Notes under the pieces: generated by a model | Database searches by the model: none | Seen by the model: only the letters and a program-made list of their open reading frames with translations | Told to the model about the DNA's origin: nothing | Made by a program: the position numbers and the translations under genes | DNA from: an uncultured delta proteobacterium | GTDB lineage: Bacteria > Desulfobacterota > Binatia > Binatales > Binataceae | Length of the DNA stretch: 64,000 nt | Assembly: GCA_963794325.1 (NCBI GenBank) | Contig: CAWCDG010000002.1 | Location: forward strand, 576,001-640,000 | Reading direction: 5' to 3' | In this document: piece by piece, positions 47,678 to 57,458 of the stretch | Layout: every line of letters begins with the position of its first letter | Numbering within the stretch: the stretch's first letter is position 1

Positions 47678-48484
47678 ATGCCTGCGCTTATATTCGAGAA
47701 ACGAAATCACATCGCGTATCTCACGCTGAATCGGCCCGAGGTTCACAACTCATTGAATCCCGAGATGCTCGTCAGTCTTGCGGCAGCGTGGAAGGAGATC
47801 GATGGCGACGACGCGGTTCGCGCGACGATCGTGACGGGCGCCGGCAAGGTCGCGTTCTCGGCCGGCGCTGACCTGGGCAAGCTGATCCCGCTCTTCACCG
47901 GCGCGCGAAAGCCGGAGGACGAATGGGACAGCAAGCTGCTCGCGGACCGCAAGATCGGCGACATCGCATTGCTGCGCGGCTACGACATGGATAAGCCGGT
48001 GATTTCGGCGGTCAACGGCTTTTGCATCGCAGGCGGAATGGAATTCATCCAGGGCACCGATCTTCGTGTCGCGTCGGAGAATGCGAGCTTCGGCTTGCAG
48101 GAAGTGAAGTGGGCGATCATTCCGGCGGCGGGCTCGCTCGCGCGATTGCAACGGCAAATTCCGTACTGCAAGGCGATGGAGATACTCCTGACCGGCAACC
48201 GGATCGATGCGCAGGAAGCGTGGCGTCTCGGGCTCGTGAACTACGTCGTGCCGCAAGCGCAGTTGATCGCGAAGGCCGAAGAGCTTGCGGCGACCATCGC
48301 GCAGAACGGTCCGCTGGCAGTGCGGAAGATCAAAGAGGCCGTGCGTCGAACGTCGGGGCGTCCGTATGAAGAGGCTTTCAAGATCGAAAATGAAATCGCG
48401 CGCGAAGTCATGAAATCCGAGGACGCCAAGGAAGGCCCGCGCTCGTTCATGGAGAAGCGCACGCCGAATTACAAGGGGAGATAG
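47678..48484 (+). CDS. Enoyl-CoA hydratase/crotonase family
   Basis: LNRPE, AFSAGADL, KPVISAVNG.CIAGGME and FGLQE motifs. Confidence 0.93.
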   Translation: MPALIFEKRNHIAYLTLNRPEVHNSLNPEMLVSLAAAWKEIDGDDAVRATIVTGAGKVAFSAGADLGKLIPLFTGARKPEDEWDSKLLADRKIGDIALLRGYDMDKPVISAVNGFCIAGGMEFIQGTDLRVASENASFGLQEVKWAIIPAAGSLARLQRQIPYCKAMEILLTGNRIDAQEAWRLGLVNYVVPQAQLIAKAEELAATIAQNGPLAVRKIKEAVRRTSGRPYEEAFKIENEIAREVMKSEDAKEGPRSFMEKRTPNYKGR

Positions 48485-48504
48485 CGCCAATCTTCTCTGC
48501 CCGT

Positions 48505-48786
48505 CTCCCTGTTAGGAGGCCTTTGCATAAATTCACGCCGGCGGCGCAAAGCGAGACGCGCTGCGCGCGAGATCCTTCGCTGCGCTCAGGATGACACAAA
48601 GAACAGGACGACTCCTTGAGTCATTCTGAGCGAAAGCTGCTGTAGCGAAGAATCTCGACGGACGTTCCTGCGGCCGGCGTTATTTACGCAAAGCTCCTCT
48701 TTATAAGGGAGAGGATTAACCTCCCTAACCCTCGAAGGTGAGGGTCCGATTACAGCGCGCTGCTTTCGCGCGCGATTCAAGATTCT
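48505..48786. repeat. Composite REP-like mosaic
   Basis: CCTTTGCATAA; inverted pair GATCCTTCGCTGCGCTCAGGATGAC / GTCATTCTGAGCGAA; GGGAGAGGATTAA; CGCGCGCGATTCAAGATTC. Confidence 0.7.
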
Positions 48787-48801
48787 TTCCGTTCCGCAGC
48801 G

Positions 48802-49812
48802 CTAAGCTCCTGCCAAGGCGCGCATCGTGTTTGGATAGTCCCGCGCCGACGTTGCGGCCGGGCCGATTGGGAAGACTACCGGATGCGTTACGCCGGCGGC
48901 GCGGAACCTTGCAACGAAATCGCGGCCGGCTTGGGCTTTACCGAATACCGCGATTTTGCGGCACGATGCTTCCGAGATGGCTTTGGGAGCCTCGTCGCGC
49001 TTGCCTTCTTTCCACAGACGGCGCACTTCGTCGAACTCGGCGGCGAGACCGTAACGCGCGAACATCTTGTTGTAGCTGTCCACGAACGCGTAGCTGGCGA
49101 GCTCGCGGCGGAACGAATCTACCGCTTTGTCCTCATCTTCGGTGATGCACATGCGGATGTAGATGCCGACGTCGACGGCCGACGGATCGCGGCCCGCGGC
49201 TTTTGCGCCTTCAGCGATGTGCTGCACCATCGGCGCCATCGCTTCCGGTGGCGAGTAGTTCATCAGGACACCGTCGGCAACTTCTCCGGCGAGACGGAGC
49301 ATCGGGGCGTTCAGGCCCGCGAGATAAATCTTCGGCGGATGCGGCGCCGTGATGCGCATGCTCAACTTGAAGTCGGACTTGTACACTTCGCCCTGGAACT
49401 TCGAACGGCCCTCGGTGAACAACTGGCGCATGATGGTGACGCACTCGCGCATCGCGGTGACCGGCTTGCGATACGCCGCGCCGTGCCATCGCTCGACGAT
49501 GATCGGACTCGACACGCCGAGCCCCGCGATCGCGCGGCCGCCGGACAGTTCGTTGATCGTGAGGAAGCCCATCGCCATCGCGCCCGGCGTGCGAATCTGA
49601 ATCGGGATGACACCGGTGGCAAGTTCAGCCTTGCGAGTATTGACCGCGAGCGCGGCGAGGCTGACGAACGCGTCGGGTCCGCTGACTTCGGCGATCCACA
49701 ATGAGGTGTAACCGAGGTCCTCGGCCTCGCGGATGAGCGCGAGGCGAGCGGGGAGAGCGTCGGCACCGACGCCGACATTAGTCTGAAGTCCGAGCTTTTG
49801 GGTTGATGGCAT
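48802..49812 (-). CDS. LLM-class flavin/F420-dependent oxidoreductase
   Basis: AEDLGYTSLWIAE, LSGGR...GLGVS and IYLAG...MLRLAGEVADG motifs. Confidence 0.88.
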   Translation of the reverse strand: MPSTQKLGLQTNVGVGADALPARLALIREAEDLGYTSLWIAEVSGPDAFVSLAALAVNTRKAELATGVIPIQIRTPGAMAMGFLTINELSGGRAIAGLGVSSPIIVERWHGAAYRKPVTAMRECVTIMRQLFTEGRSKFQGEVYKSDFKLSMRITAPHPPKIYLAGLNAPMLRLAGEVADGVLMNYSPPEAMAPMVQHIAEGAKAAGRDPSAVDVGIYIRMCITEDEDKAVDSFRRELASYAFVDSYNKMFARYGLAAEFDEVRRLWKEGKRDEAPKAISEASCRKIAVFGKAQAGRDFVARFRAAGVTHPVVFPIGPAATSARDYPNTMRALAGA

Positions 49813-49890
49813 TGATGCGTCCGTGCGATTTTGATTTGCGCAGATTGTGCGGCTAATCGATTATGGCTGCAAGACACAGGAGCGTTGAAG

Positions 49891-50650
49891 ATGGCTTACT
49901 TCGATTCCAATGGCGTGCAGATTTATTTTGAGGAGCGCGGGAACGGGCGAGCCGGTTGTGCTGGTGCATGGGTTTGCGTCGCGCGGGGAGCATAACTGGG
50001 GCGGGGGATGGATCGACGCGCTCGCGCGGGATTATCGCGTCGTCGTGCTGGATTGCCGCGGTCACGGCAAGAGCGGGAAGCCGCACGATTCGGCGGCGTA
50101 CGATGGCGAGACGATGGGCGACGACGTGATCCGGCTGATGGATCATCTGGGAATCAAGCGCACGCTCATCATGGGATACTCGATGGGCGGGCGAATCGTG
50201 ACGGGGCTGCTGATGTTGCATCCGGAGCGTCTGCGCGCGGCGGTGCTCGGCGGAATCGGCGCGGCGAGCGCGGCGGCGCCAAGCTTCAATCGCAAGCCGA
50301 TCGTCGATGCGCTGCTCGCCGAAAATATTTCGAGCGTGAAGGAGCAGCGTGCGCGGGATTTTCGCCAGTTTGCGGAGGCCACCGGCAACGACTTGAAGGC
50401 ATTGGCGGCTGTGATGGCGTCGAAGCGCGAGGATTTCACTGCCGAGCAAATTGCGGCAAAGAAGATTCGCGTGCCGGTGATGATCGTGATCGGGACTAAG
50501 GATTTGCTGGTCGGCGATCCGAAGTTACTGCATGGCGCGATACCGGGCAGCAAACTGGTGATGCTCGAAGGACAGGATCATCTGAGCGCGCCGAGCGACC
50601 CGCGTTACGTGAAAGAGGTGCTGGAGTTTTTCAAGGCGGCGCCGGCGTAG
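49891..50650 (+). pseudogene. Alpha/beta hydrolase with +1 frameshift near 49939-49948 (or sequencing error)
   Basis: AGGAG + ATG 49891 gives MAYFDSNGVQIYFEERG; GEPVVLVHG, GYSMGG, D and H continue in the next frame. Confidence 0.75.
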
Positions 50651-50676
50651 GCCGCTGAGTTTGCGAATGTGCGAGC

Positions 50677-50720
50677 AACCTAACCCCTAACCCCTTCCCA
50701 TAGTGGGAAGGGGAACCGGA
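50677..50720 (-). repeat. REP-like repeat, copy 6
   Basis: AACCTAACCCCTAACCCCTTCCCATAGTGGGAAGGGGAACCGGA. Confidence 0.8.
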
Positions 50721-50763
50721 ATAGGGGCGATCGAGTTGGTTTGTGTTTTAGAATTCGCCACCT

Positions 50764-51615
50764 TCAGTGGATCCGCGGCGCGTTCAGGGTACCAGTCAAG
50801 AGATAGCGCTGCGGGCCTGGAGGGTGGGGCAGGACTGCAAGGAGCATCGCCAACTGCGAAGCGGCCGCGGGGGATGTCGATAGAGTGAATTGGATTGCGA
50901 GCTCGCTTTCGCCTGGGTCGGGGGCTAGTTGGATCGTTCCTTCGGCGCTGAGGGTCAAGTCACCGCCGGTGGTTGCGAGCTGCTCGATCGTCAATGTTCC
51001 CTGATCCAATTTAAATTTTGAATGGCCTTCGCCCAAACGGATTGGTGAGCTCGCCAGGGCCGAGATGAAGGTCAGGCCGGCGGCGCTTAGTATGCCGTCG
51101 CCGGTTTCCGCGATGTCTGCCGGGGAGAGCAATAGACTGCCGGTGCCGGAGAGCGCGCCGACGACGCTCGCGCCGGGGATTGTCCATAAATGCTGACGCG
51201 CTAGATCCAACGAGTCGAGGTCGTAGCTGATTGCGGTGCCGCTGCCGCTGGGGCGCAGCGTGACGTTTACGATGCCGTCGTAGAGCGCGGCTTTTACGCG
51301 GACCCCAGGATGCATCGTGAGCATCGAGAGGAATGCGGGCGCGATCGTGACGGCGGGGCTCTCGATTAGCAGGCCGCCTGACGCCGCGCGGGTTGAGATC
51401 AGGCGGACGCCCGACAGTCGCGCACCGAAGGGGAAGCTGGCGCTCTGGCTCGCGCTGGAAACCTCGAGGCCCATCGGTGCGAGGACTTTGGTGAGTGTTT
51501 TGGAGTACGGGAAGGTTGAAATCAGGTACGCGGCGAACAGCGATAACCCGACTATTGTGTAAGCGGTTCGAAGGAAGCGGGGTCGCTGGTACTGCTGCGA
51601 CGGGATCGCGCGCAC
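50764..51615 (-). CDS. gspN: Type II secretion protein GspN (deltaproteobacterial type)
   Basis: TM followed by TFPY; beta-rich body; C-terminal L.GTL.AP; last gene of the gsp operon; GTG start inferred. Confidence 0.7.
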   Translation of the reverse strand: MRAIPSQQYQRPRFLRTAYTIVGLSLFAAYLISTFPYSKTLTKVLAPMGLEVSSASQSASFPFGARLSGVRLISTRAASGGLLIESPAVTIAPAFLSMLTMHPGVRVKAALYDGIVNVTLRPSGSGTAISYDLDSLDLARQHLWTIPGASVVGALSGTGSLLLSPADIAETGDGILSAAGLTFISALASSPIRLGEGHSKFKLDQGTLTIEQLATTGGDLTLSAEGTIQLAPDPGESELAIQFTLSTSPAAASQLAMLLAVLPHPPGPQRYLLTGTLNAPRIH

Positions 51616-51616
51616 G

Positions 51617-52261
51617 TCAGGTGTTCTTCGCGAGCGCGACGCAAGTGAGGTCAACGTCGTAGGAATGCGTATCCGGCGTGCGGCGCTGAATCCGAATCGT
51701 CGAGACGCCAATCGGCGTCGCCAGCGAATTGATGCCGTAGAGTGCGTCGATCAATTGCGCCAGATTCACGTTGGCGAGTTTCAACTGCACGCTATACTCG
51801 GTGAATCCGTCGGAGAGCTTGCGATCGGAGCCGGGGGTGATCGAGCCAATCTTTTCGCGGCCGACGCTCTTGGTCATCGAGGCTTCGACCACCGAGAACA
51901 GCGAGAAATCCTTGCCCAGCGGAACCGTGCGCTTCTCGGCATTGGCGAGGTTGGCCTTGAGCTGCGCATAAGTGCCGGCCAGGCGGCGAACCTCGGCGAG
52001 GTCGTGCTGGCGCTCAGCGATCTTGTCCTCGAGTCCCGAGCTCAGGCTCACGATCGGCACGTAAACCAAATTGTAGATGAGAAAAATTGCGAGCAGGCCG
52101 CCGGCGATCTGCACCAGGATGCGTTCGCGCGGTTCCAGTTTCTGGTAGCGGCCGCGCGCCTGCGCGAGCAGCGGATCGATGCGCGTCATGCCCTGCTTGA
52201 GCAAGGGACGGATCAAGTCCCTCATTCGCGCGCGCAGGTTGTCGAGCCATTCTCTAAGCAT
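51617..52261 (-). CDS. gspM: Type II secretion protein GspM
   Basis: LEPRER + TM + coiled coil + ferredoxin-like C-terminus; operon position. Confidence 0.82.
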   Translation of the reverse strand: MLREWLDNLRARMRDLIRPLLKQGMTRIDPLLAQARGRYQKLEPRERILVQIAGGLLAIFLIYNLVYVPIVSLSSGLEDKIAERQHDLAEVRRLAGTYAQLKANLANAEKRTVPLGKDFSLFSVVEASMTKSVGREKIGSITPGSDRKLSDGFTEYSVQLKLANVNLAQLIDALYGINSLATPIGVSTIRIQRRTPDTHSYDVDLTCVALAKNT

Positions 52262-52274
52262 CGGGCTTCTTCAC

Positions 52275-53771
52275 TTATTCTTCGACGTCGTCGCCGCGAT
52301 CACTCGACCGCACGGCGTCCTTGAAATCCGCGTCCATCCGAAAATCCACCTTGCTCGGATCAGAGCCGGCCTTGGCGTGCGCGACTTCGATCGTGCCGAA
52401 GAAGCCGCTCTTGTCGAGCGCTCGCTTGGCTTGATCGACGGTTGCGAACGAATCGGCCTGTCCGGTCACGCGCAAGCCCTGCGAATCGATCTGAACGTCA
52501 GCCATCTGAACCGGAAAGCGCGGCGGCAGCGCTCGCGATACGGCGGCCAGGGTATCGAGCGGCGAATGAGTCAGATTGCCGCCAATCAAATTCAGCCGCT
52601 TGTTCATCTTCGCGATTCCCATCTGCAACTGCGTCTTGGCGTTGGCGGGATCGGTTTCGCCGAGGACCGGTCCTGCGACGGCTGCGATTTCCGCGTTGAC
52701 CTGGCTCAGGCGATGGAGTTTGGCGGACACCCCGAGCGAGAAATGAACGATGGTCACCGCCAACAACGCAGCCGCGAGAATCCCCGAAGTGTAGAACGGG
52801 CTGAGATCGCCGCGGACGCGTCCGCGAAACATGAATTCGCCCTGCCGGAAATTGATCAGCTCAGCCGGCTTAGTCGGCAACTCGCCGAGCAGCATCGCGA
52901 TGCACGATGAATACTTGCCGGTGTTGGGACCCGGCATAGCGCCCTCGAAGATTCCGGTGTAGTCGAACGCACCGCCGTCGCGTACCGCCATCGCCAGCGA
53001 ATCGGACAACAGTCCGCGCACCTTCGAAGACGTCGCCGCCGCGCCCGCAATGATTACCTCGGTCTGATCGGTTTCCTCGCCGCTGGCCAGCAGCGTCTGA
53101 CGCACCGAGTTGAGAATCGGCGCCGCCGCATCCTCGGATACCAGCGATCCGTCGGACATCATCAGGCCGCCGACTATCGAACGGAGAGCGCGCGGCGTTC
53201 CTCCCAGGTCAACCAGCACGACTGAGGTGGACGATTCGTCGCCCTCGACCACCAGATGCGCCATCGGCTTCGCGCCGTTTCCATTCCTGGTGCGCGTGAA
53301 CATCGCGGCCAGCGCCAGCGGCGCCAGCGTGACGGTCTTGGGATCGAGTCCCGCCTTTCGCAGCAAATCGATATGATTCTGAAGATCGGTCTTGCGCACC
53401 ATCGCGGCCATCACCAGCGTGTGATCGCCCTCGCGTCCAACGCGGGTAAACGCGACTGCGCCATTGTCCACCGGAAACGGGAGATGCTCTTCCAGCGCGA
53501 ACGGAACTACCTGGTGAAGGCGGCGCGCATCCTTGAACGGCAGCTCGAGCAATCGCTTGACCGCGCGATCGGCGGGCAGTGCCGAGATGACGATGTCTGG
53601 ATGACCGGCGTCAACCACCAGCCGCGACAGTGCGCCGCTCAAGTCGGCCTCGTCGTCGGCGCGAACCTTGTCGTAAACGCCGGCCAGCGTGAACGAATTC
53701 CACGAGCGCTCGGCGACCGCGGCAAGCACCCGGTCCGCCCCCATTTCCAGCGCTAGTATTCGTTGAGCCAT
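52275..53771 (-). CDS. gspL: Type II secretion protein GspL
   Basis: Actin-like cytoplasmic domain (LPF...LEEHLPF), INFRQGEF, TM, PilN-like periplasmic domain. Confidence 0.85.
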   Translation of the reverse strand: MAQRILALEMGADRVLAAVAERSWNSFTLAGVYDKVRADDEADLSGALSRLVVDAGHPDIVISALPADRAVKRLLELPFKDARRLHQVVPFALEEHLPFPVDNGAVAFTRVGREGDHTLVMAAMVRKTDLQNHIDLLRKAGLDPKTVTLAPLALAAMFTRTRNGNGAKPMAHLVVEGDESSTSVVLVDLGGTPRALRSIVGGLMMSDGSLVSEDAAAPILNSVRQTLLASGEETDQTEVIIAGAAATSSKVRGLLSDSLAMAVRDGGAFDYTGIFEGAMPGPNTGKYSSCIAMLLGELPTKPAELINFRQGEFMFRGRVRGDLSPFYTSGILAAALLAVTIVHFSLGVSAKLHRLSQVNAEIAAVAGPVLGETDPANAKTQLQMGIAKMNKRLNLIGGNLTHSPLDTLAAVSRALPPRFPVQMADVQIDSQGLRVTGQADSFATVDQAKRALDKSGFFGTIEVAHAKAGSDPSKVDFRMDADFKDAVRSSDRGDDVEE

Positions 53772-53799
53772 CAGGCGTCCTTGGTCCTAATCTTCGTGC

Positions 53800-54747
53800 C
53801 TAATCTTCGTGCCATGAGGCGAGGGTGCCGACGCCGGTGGTCTCGCGATGGAAGGTTGCGGTGATAATTTTCCGCGCGCCCGCATAAGTTCCGTTTCCAG
53901 TGATCGTAAAAAATTGACTCCTCATATCCACGTCCTTCTGCAGGCGCTGGCCTACTTCGCCGAGATCTGGAAGGTTCGCGATGTCGGTAGGCTGGCTGAA
54001 CGGCCGAATCGTGCGGGCGTCCAGTATCGACACCACGATTTTCTGATCCTCGGTCAACTCCGGTTCCAGCGCCGCCAGTACTTGCGGCGACGCGGTGTTG
54101 GCGTTAACCGCCGTCTCAGGCATCACAGTGAGAAACGGGCTTACCCGGTTAAAGACTGCCTCGTTGAACCCCTGCACCATCTGCAAATCACCCATCGTCG
54201 GCATCGACCCGTAGCGCGGCTGGTATGGCGGCTTCAGTCCCGCGTAATAATCCCCGATACCGCCGCCGAGCCCGGTGCCATTATTCGGTGTAATCCAGTC
54301 GATGATACCTTGAACCAAGTCGGGGCTCACGTCGAGTATCGTGAAAAGCCGTTGGACCTTCAAAACGGCAAGCTGGTTCGGGTGGCCGTTTTGAACCATC
54401 GCATTCAAATTGATTTTGCGGCCTTCGTCCACGATCGACAAGGACACTGTGCCACCCTCGAGTTGCATCGGCGGAAACGGCATAGCCCACACGTCGTTTA
54501 AGGTGTCGGTCGGGGTTTGCGATTTCGCATCGGCGCGCGCGTCGGCCGCGAGCAGCGCGAGACCGATACTGACCGCCGACCTCGCCAGGTAACTGGCGCG
54601 CAGCTCGTTGGCCTGGTTCGCCGCCGACACGAACCCGAGTCCCGAGGTCATCGCGAATTCCACGACGACCAGGGTCATCAGTGCGACTCCGAGCAGAACC
54701 GCCAGCAGCGCGACGCCGCGTTCGCTCTTTCGCATCCGCGCTACCAT
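53800..54747 (-). CDS. gspK: Minor pseudopilin GspK
   Basis: RGVALL prepilin site; DEGRKINLN; DW; VNANTASPQVL. Confidence 0.9.
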   Translation of the reverse strand: MVARMRKSERGVALLAVLLGVALMTLVVVEFAMTSGLGFVSAANQANELRASYLARSAVSIGLALLAADARADAKSQTPTDTLNDVWAMPFPPMQLEGGTVSLSIVDEGRKINLNAMVQNGHPNQLAVLKVQRLFTILDVSPDLVQGIIDWITPNNGTGLGGGIGDYYAGLKPPYQPRYGSMPTMGDLQMVQGFNEAVFNRVSPFLTVMPETAVNANTASPQVLAALEPELTEDQKIVVSILDARTIRPFSQPTDIANLPDLGEVGQRLQKDVDMRSQFFTITGNGTYAGARKIITATFHRETTGVGTLASWHED

Positions 54748-55409
54748 TGCTGTATCGCCATCGGCAGAGTGACCTGAGTCGCGAAGTCCATCACGCGTCC
54801 GCCGGGCGCCGCCATCTGAATCTGGATTGCCACCGCGACCGGCAACTGGCGTCCGCGCGGCAGGCTCGGCGAGTCCCAACTCTCTCCCCACCGCTGTCCG
54901 TCGAAATAACGGAAGTGAAGCGAGAGCACATTGTCCGCGAGCACCGTTGTTTGCGGCGTGACGGCGTTCGTCAGCAGTCCGCTTTGCTGCGAGCGCTGCA
55001 GCACATACCAGCCCCGCTGATCAGGATTCGACGTCAAATTGTAAGTGACGATCGTTTCGGCCGTCATCCCGGTAAGTGCGCGGCGATGGCCCGCGCTGAA
55101 GGTGGACAGCGTCAGGGTATCGACCGCCGTGCCACCGTTCATGTGGCCGGCGCCGAACATGGCGACGTTGCTGGTAGTGTACGGAGTCTGCACGGCGTTG
55201 CGCAGTTCCTTGGTGAGTTGCCACAACAAGGCACGGCCCTCGCGATCGACCATGAGGCGCCCCTCAGCATGCACCTTGCTATGCGCTATCGCGCTGAACG
55301 AGCTCGCCAGCATCGCGAGGATCATCGCCAGCACGCCGATCGCGAGCATCATCTCGATAAGCGTGAAGCCGCGCGGTGCGCGACGCGTCGAAATACGCCG
55401 GTTGATCAT
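54741..55409 (-). CDS. gspJ: Minor pseudopilin GspJ
   Basis: GFTLIEMM; FRYFDG..W..SWD; LPVAV. Confidence 0.88.
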   Translation of the reverse strand: MINRRISTRRAPRGFTLIEMMLAIGVLAMILAMLASSFSAIAHSKVHAEGRLMVDREGRALLWQLTKELRNAVQTPYTTSNVAMFGAGHMNGGTAVDTLTLSTFSAGHRRALTGMTAETIVTYNLTSNPDQRGWYVLQRSQQSGLLTNAVTPQTTVLADNVLSLHFRYFDGQRWGESWDSPSLPRGRQLPVAVAIQIQMAAPGGRVMDFATQVTLPMAIQQW

Positions 55410-55831
55410 GGCGTCGCTGCCTGCGGGTCGTTTGGATCGAGCGGGACTGGCGAATGCAGAAATTCGACGAGCGAGAAGCTTTGCTCAAGCTTGGGGCCGT
55501 AGCGAATCACGATCTTGACCTTGCGAACGTCGGGGAACATGCCTGACGCGGCGACCTCGCGTTCCCACCGGAAATCCTGGAACTCGCCGGGGAACGACGA
55601 TTCGAAATCGCCGCTGCTGCGGCCGAGGTCCGGATACCGCTCGAGCTCCGCCTCGGTCATCACCGCCTGCGCCAGCATCGAGGCCCGCGTCGATTGCTGC
55701 GCCCGAATCACGGATTGGATGCTCTGATGTTGCAGTCCGAGCAGGCCCATCAGCGCGATCCCGAGGATCGCAATCGCAACCATCACCTCGAGCAGGGTAA
55801 ATCCTCGCGCGCGCTGGTGAAGAAGATTCAC
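55406..55831 (-). CDS. gspI: Minor pseudopilin GspI
   Basis: GFTLLEVMVAIAIL; size and operon position. Confidence 0.85.
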   Translation of the reverse strand: MNLLHQRARGFTLLEVMVAIAILGIALMGLLGLQHQSIQSVIRAQQSTRASMLAQAVMTEAELERYPDLGRSSGDFESSFPGEFQDFRWEREVAASGMFPDVRKVKIVIRYGPKLEQSFSLVEFLHSPVPLDPNDPQAATP

Positions 55832-56415
55832 TGCGGCACCTTGATGCCCGCCGGCATCACGTCGCCGTTGATAATCGCGACCTGGCCGGTCAGCGGAGAG
55901 AATTCGAGCGTCATCACGTCGCCCGAGGCGTCCTCGAGATGCACCACGGTCGCATCGACGTAGCCCTCGGGATAGAAGGTGGTCGCGATAGTGCCGCGAT
56001 TCAGGGTGCCGATTCCTTCGACCGTCACGTCGCGAATCCGAATCGCCGACGGCATCATGACCGGATGTCCCGACATGCTGGTGTCAGGCGCGAATACTGG
56101 CTTGATCGCGTACGGATCGAGCTGCGCGACCGCATAGCCGTTGTTGTCGAGATCGAAGATTAGCTTCAACACGAGTTTGTGGCCGGTGGCCTCGTCGTAC
56201 AAGTAAGTCGCGCGGCCCGCGAGCCGGCGCGCCTGGCTCTTGAGCGCAGCCTGACGAAATCCGCCAAGGTACGGCATCGCCAGGGTCAGCATCAGGCCCA
56301 TTATAAAAATTACGACCGCAAGCTCGAGCAGCGTGAAGCCCGGCGCCGCGGACCTCGCGCCACGGCGCGCGCTCGCGGTGGCATCGCGAGAAGCTGGCTC
56401 GGGCCGGCACTTCAT
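55828..56415 (-). CDS. gspH: Minor pseudopilin GspH
   Basis: GFTLLEL; FYPEG; PLTG. Confidence 0.85.
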   Translation of the reverse strand: MKCRPEPASRDATASARRGARSAAPGFTLLELAVVIFIMGLMLTLAMPYLGGFRQAALKSQARRLAGRATYLYDEATGHKLVLKLIFDLDNNGYAVAQLDPYAIKPVFAPDTSMSGHPVMMPSAIRIRDVTVEGIGTLNRGTIATTFYPEGYVDATVVHLEDASGDVMTLEFSPLTGQVAIINGDVMPAGIKVPQ

Positions 56416-56422
56416 TGCGTCG

Positions 56423-56851
56423 TCACTGCGATTGGCTGGCGTCTATAACGCTGGAAGTGTCTCCGCTGTCGGTGCCGCCTTTGCCGAACGACTTCAGCAC
56501 ATAGGAGTTCCCATCGCTCTGGAAGAAGTACGGGTTCCCCCATGGATCCATTGGAAGGCGTTCGATATAGCCGCCACTCTCGTAGTTGGCGGGCACGCGT
56601 CCGCTCGACGGCGGCGAAACGAGCGAATTCAAACCCTGGTCGGTGGTCGGATAGAAACCATTGTCGAGGTAATAGCGATCGAGCGCAGTTTTGATCTCGG
56701 CGAGGTCGGCCTGCGCCTTGGTGCGCTTGGCCTTGTCGGCGGCGCCGCGGAGACTCTGTACAACGATCGTCGCCAGCAGGCCAAGGATCAGAATAACCAC
56801 CATGATTTCAATCAGGGTAAAACCATCCTGATTGTATCGGCGCGATTTCAT
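56423..56851 (-). CDS. gspG: Major pseudopilin GspG
   Basis: GFTLIEIMVV, ALDRYYLDNG.YPTTDQGL and DPWGNPY motifs; GGAGG RBS. Confidence 0.95.
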   Translation of the reverse strand: MKSRRYNQDGFTLIEIMVVILILGLLATIVVQSLRGAADKAKRTKAQADLAEIKTALDRYYLDNGFYPTTDQGLNSLVSPPSSGRVPANYESGGYIERLPMDPWGNPYFFQSDGNSYVLKSFGKGGTDSGDTSSVIDASQSQ

Positions 56852-56897
56852 CGCGATTACCTCCGGCGCATTTTTCATTTTTTCACTTTTCATTTTT

Positions 56898-57458
56898 TCA
56901 CTGCATCAACTGGTTGAGCTGGAAAATCGGCATCAGCACCGCCAGCATCATGAACACGATAACAGCGGCCATCGCGAGCGTCATCACAGGTTCGAGCACA
57001 GTGGTCATCTGGGACGAGTGGTCACAGTAGTGGTAGAGCCGCCGTCCGCGCTCGGTTAGCAGCGCACCCACTGTTCCGGCGACGAGCCCGACGAACAGAA
57101 TAACCATCGCCAGCCAATGGCCCGTGATGAGCGCTGAGAATCTCATCAAAAGTTTCGTCGCCAGTGGCAATGACGCATGCTGCTGCACGAAGATCGTCGC
57201 TACCTGCGGCACCACATATGCCACCAGGAACAATATGATCCCCGTTCCATAGGTCAGCATTACGAGAGGATAGGTCAACGCGCCGCCAACCTCGTTCACC
57301 GATCGGTTGTCAGAGCGCCGTCCCTGCCGCCCTACCAGCGCGCCAGCCATTAACTTTAAGAGCCCAATTAACCGACTGGTCGTGGTGGTTGAACAGCTGT
57401 GCGCGCCGCTGACTTCGTAGGTGGATTCGGCGTTGTAACTGCGCGACTGCGTCTTCAT
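56898..57458 (-). CDS. Mini-GspF paralogue (TM segments only; functional gene or remnant)
   Basis: 186 aa ORF with TAATG coupling to the gspF stop; ALTYP...VVPQVATIF...LPLATK and a GspF-identical C-terminus. Confidence 0.55.
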   Translation of the reverse strand: MKTQSRSYNAESTYEVSGAHSCSTTTTSRLIGLLKLMAGALVGRQGRRSDNRSVNEVGGALTYPLVMLTYGTGIILFLVAYVVPQVATIFVQQHASLPLATKLLMRFSALITGHWLAMVILFVGLVAGTVGALLTERGRRLYHYCDHSSQMTTVLEPVMTLAMAAVIVFMMLAVLMPIFQLNQLMQ

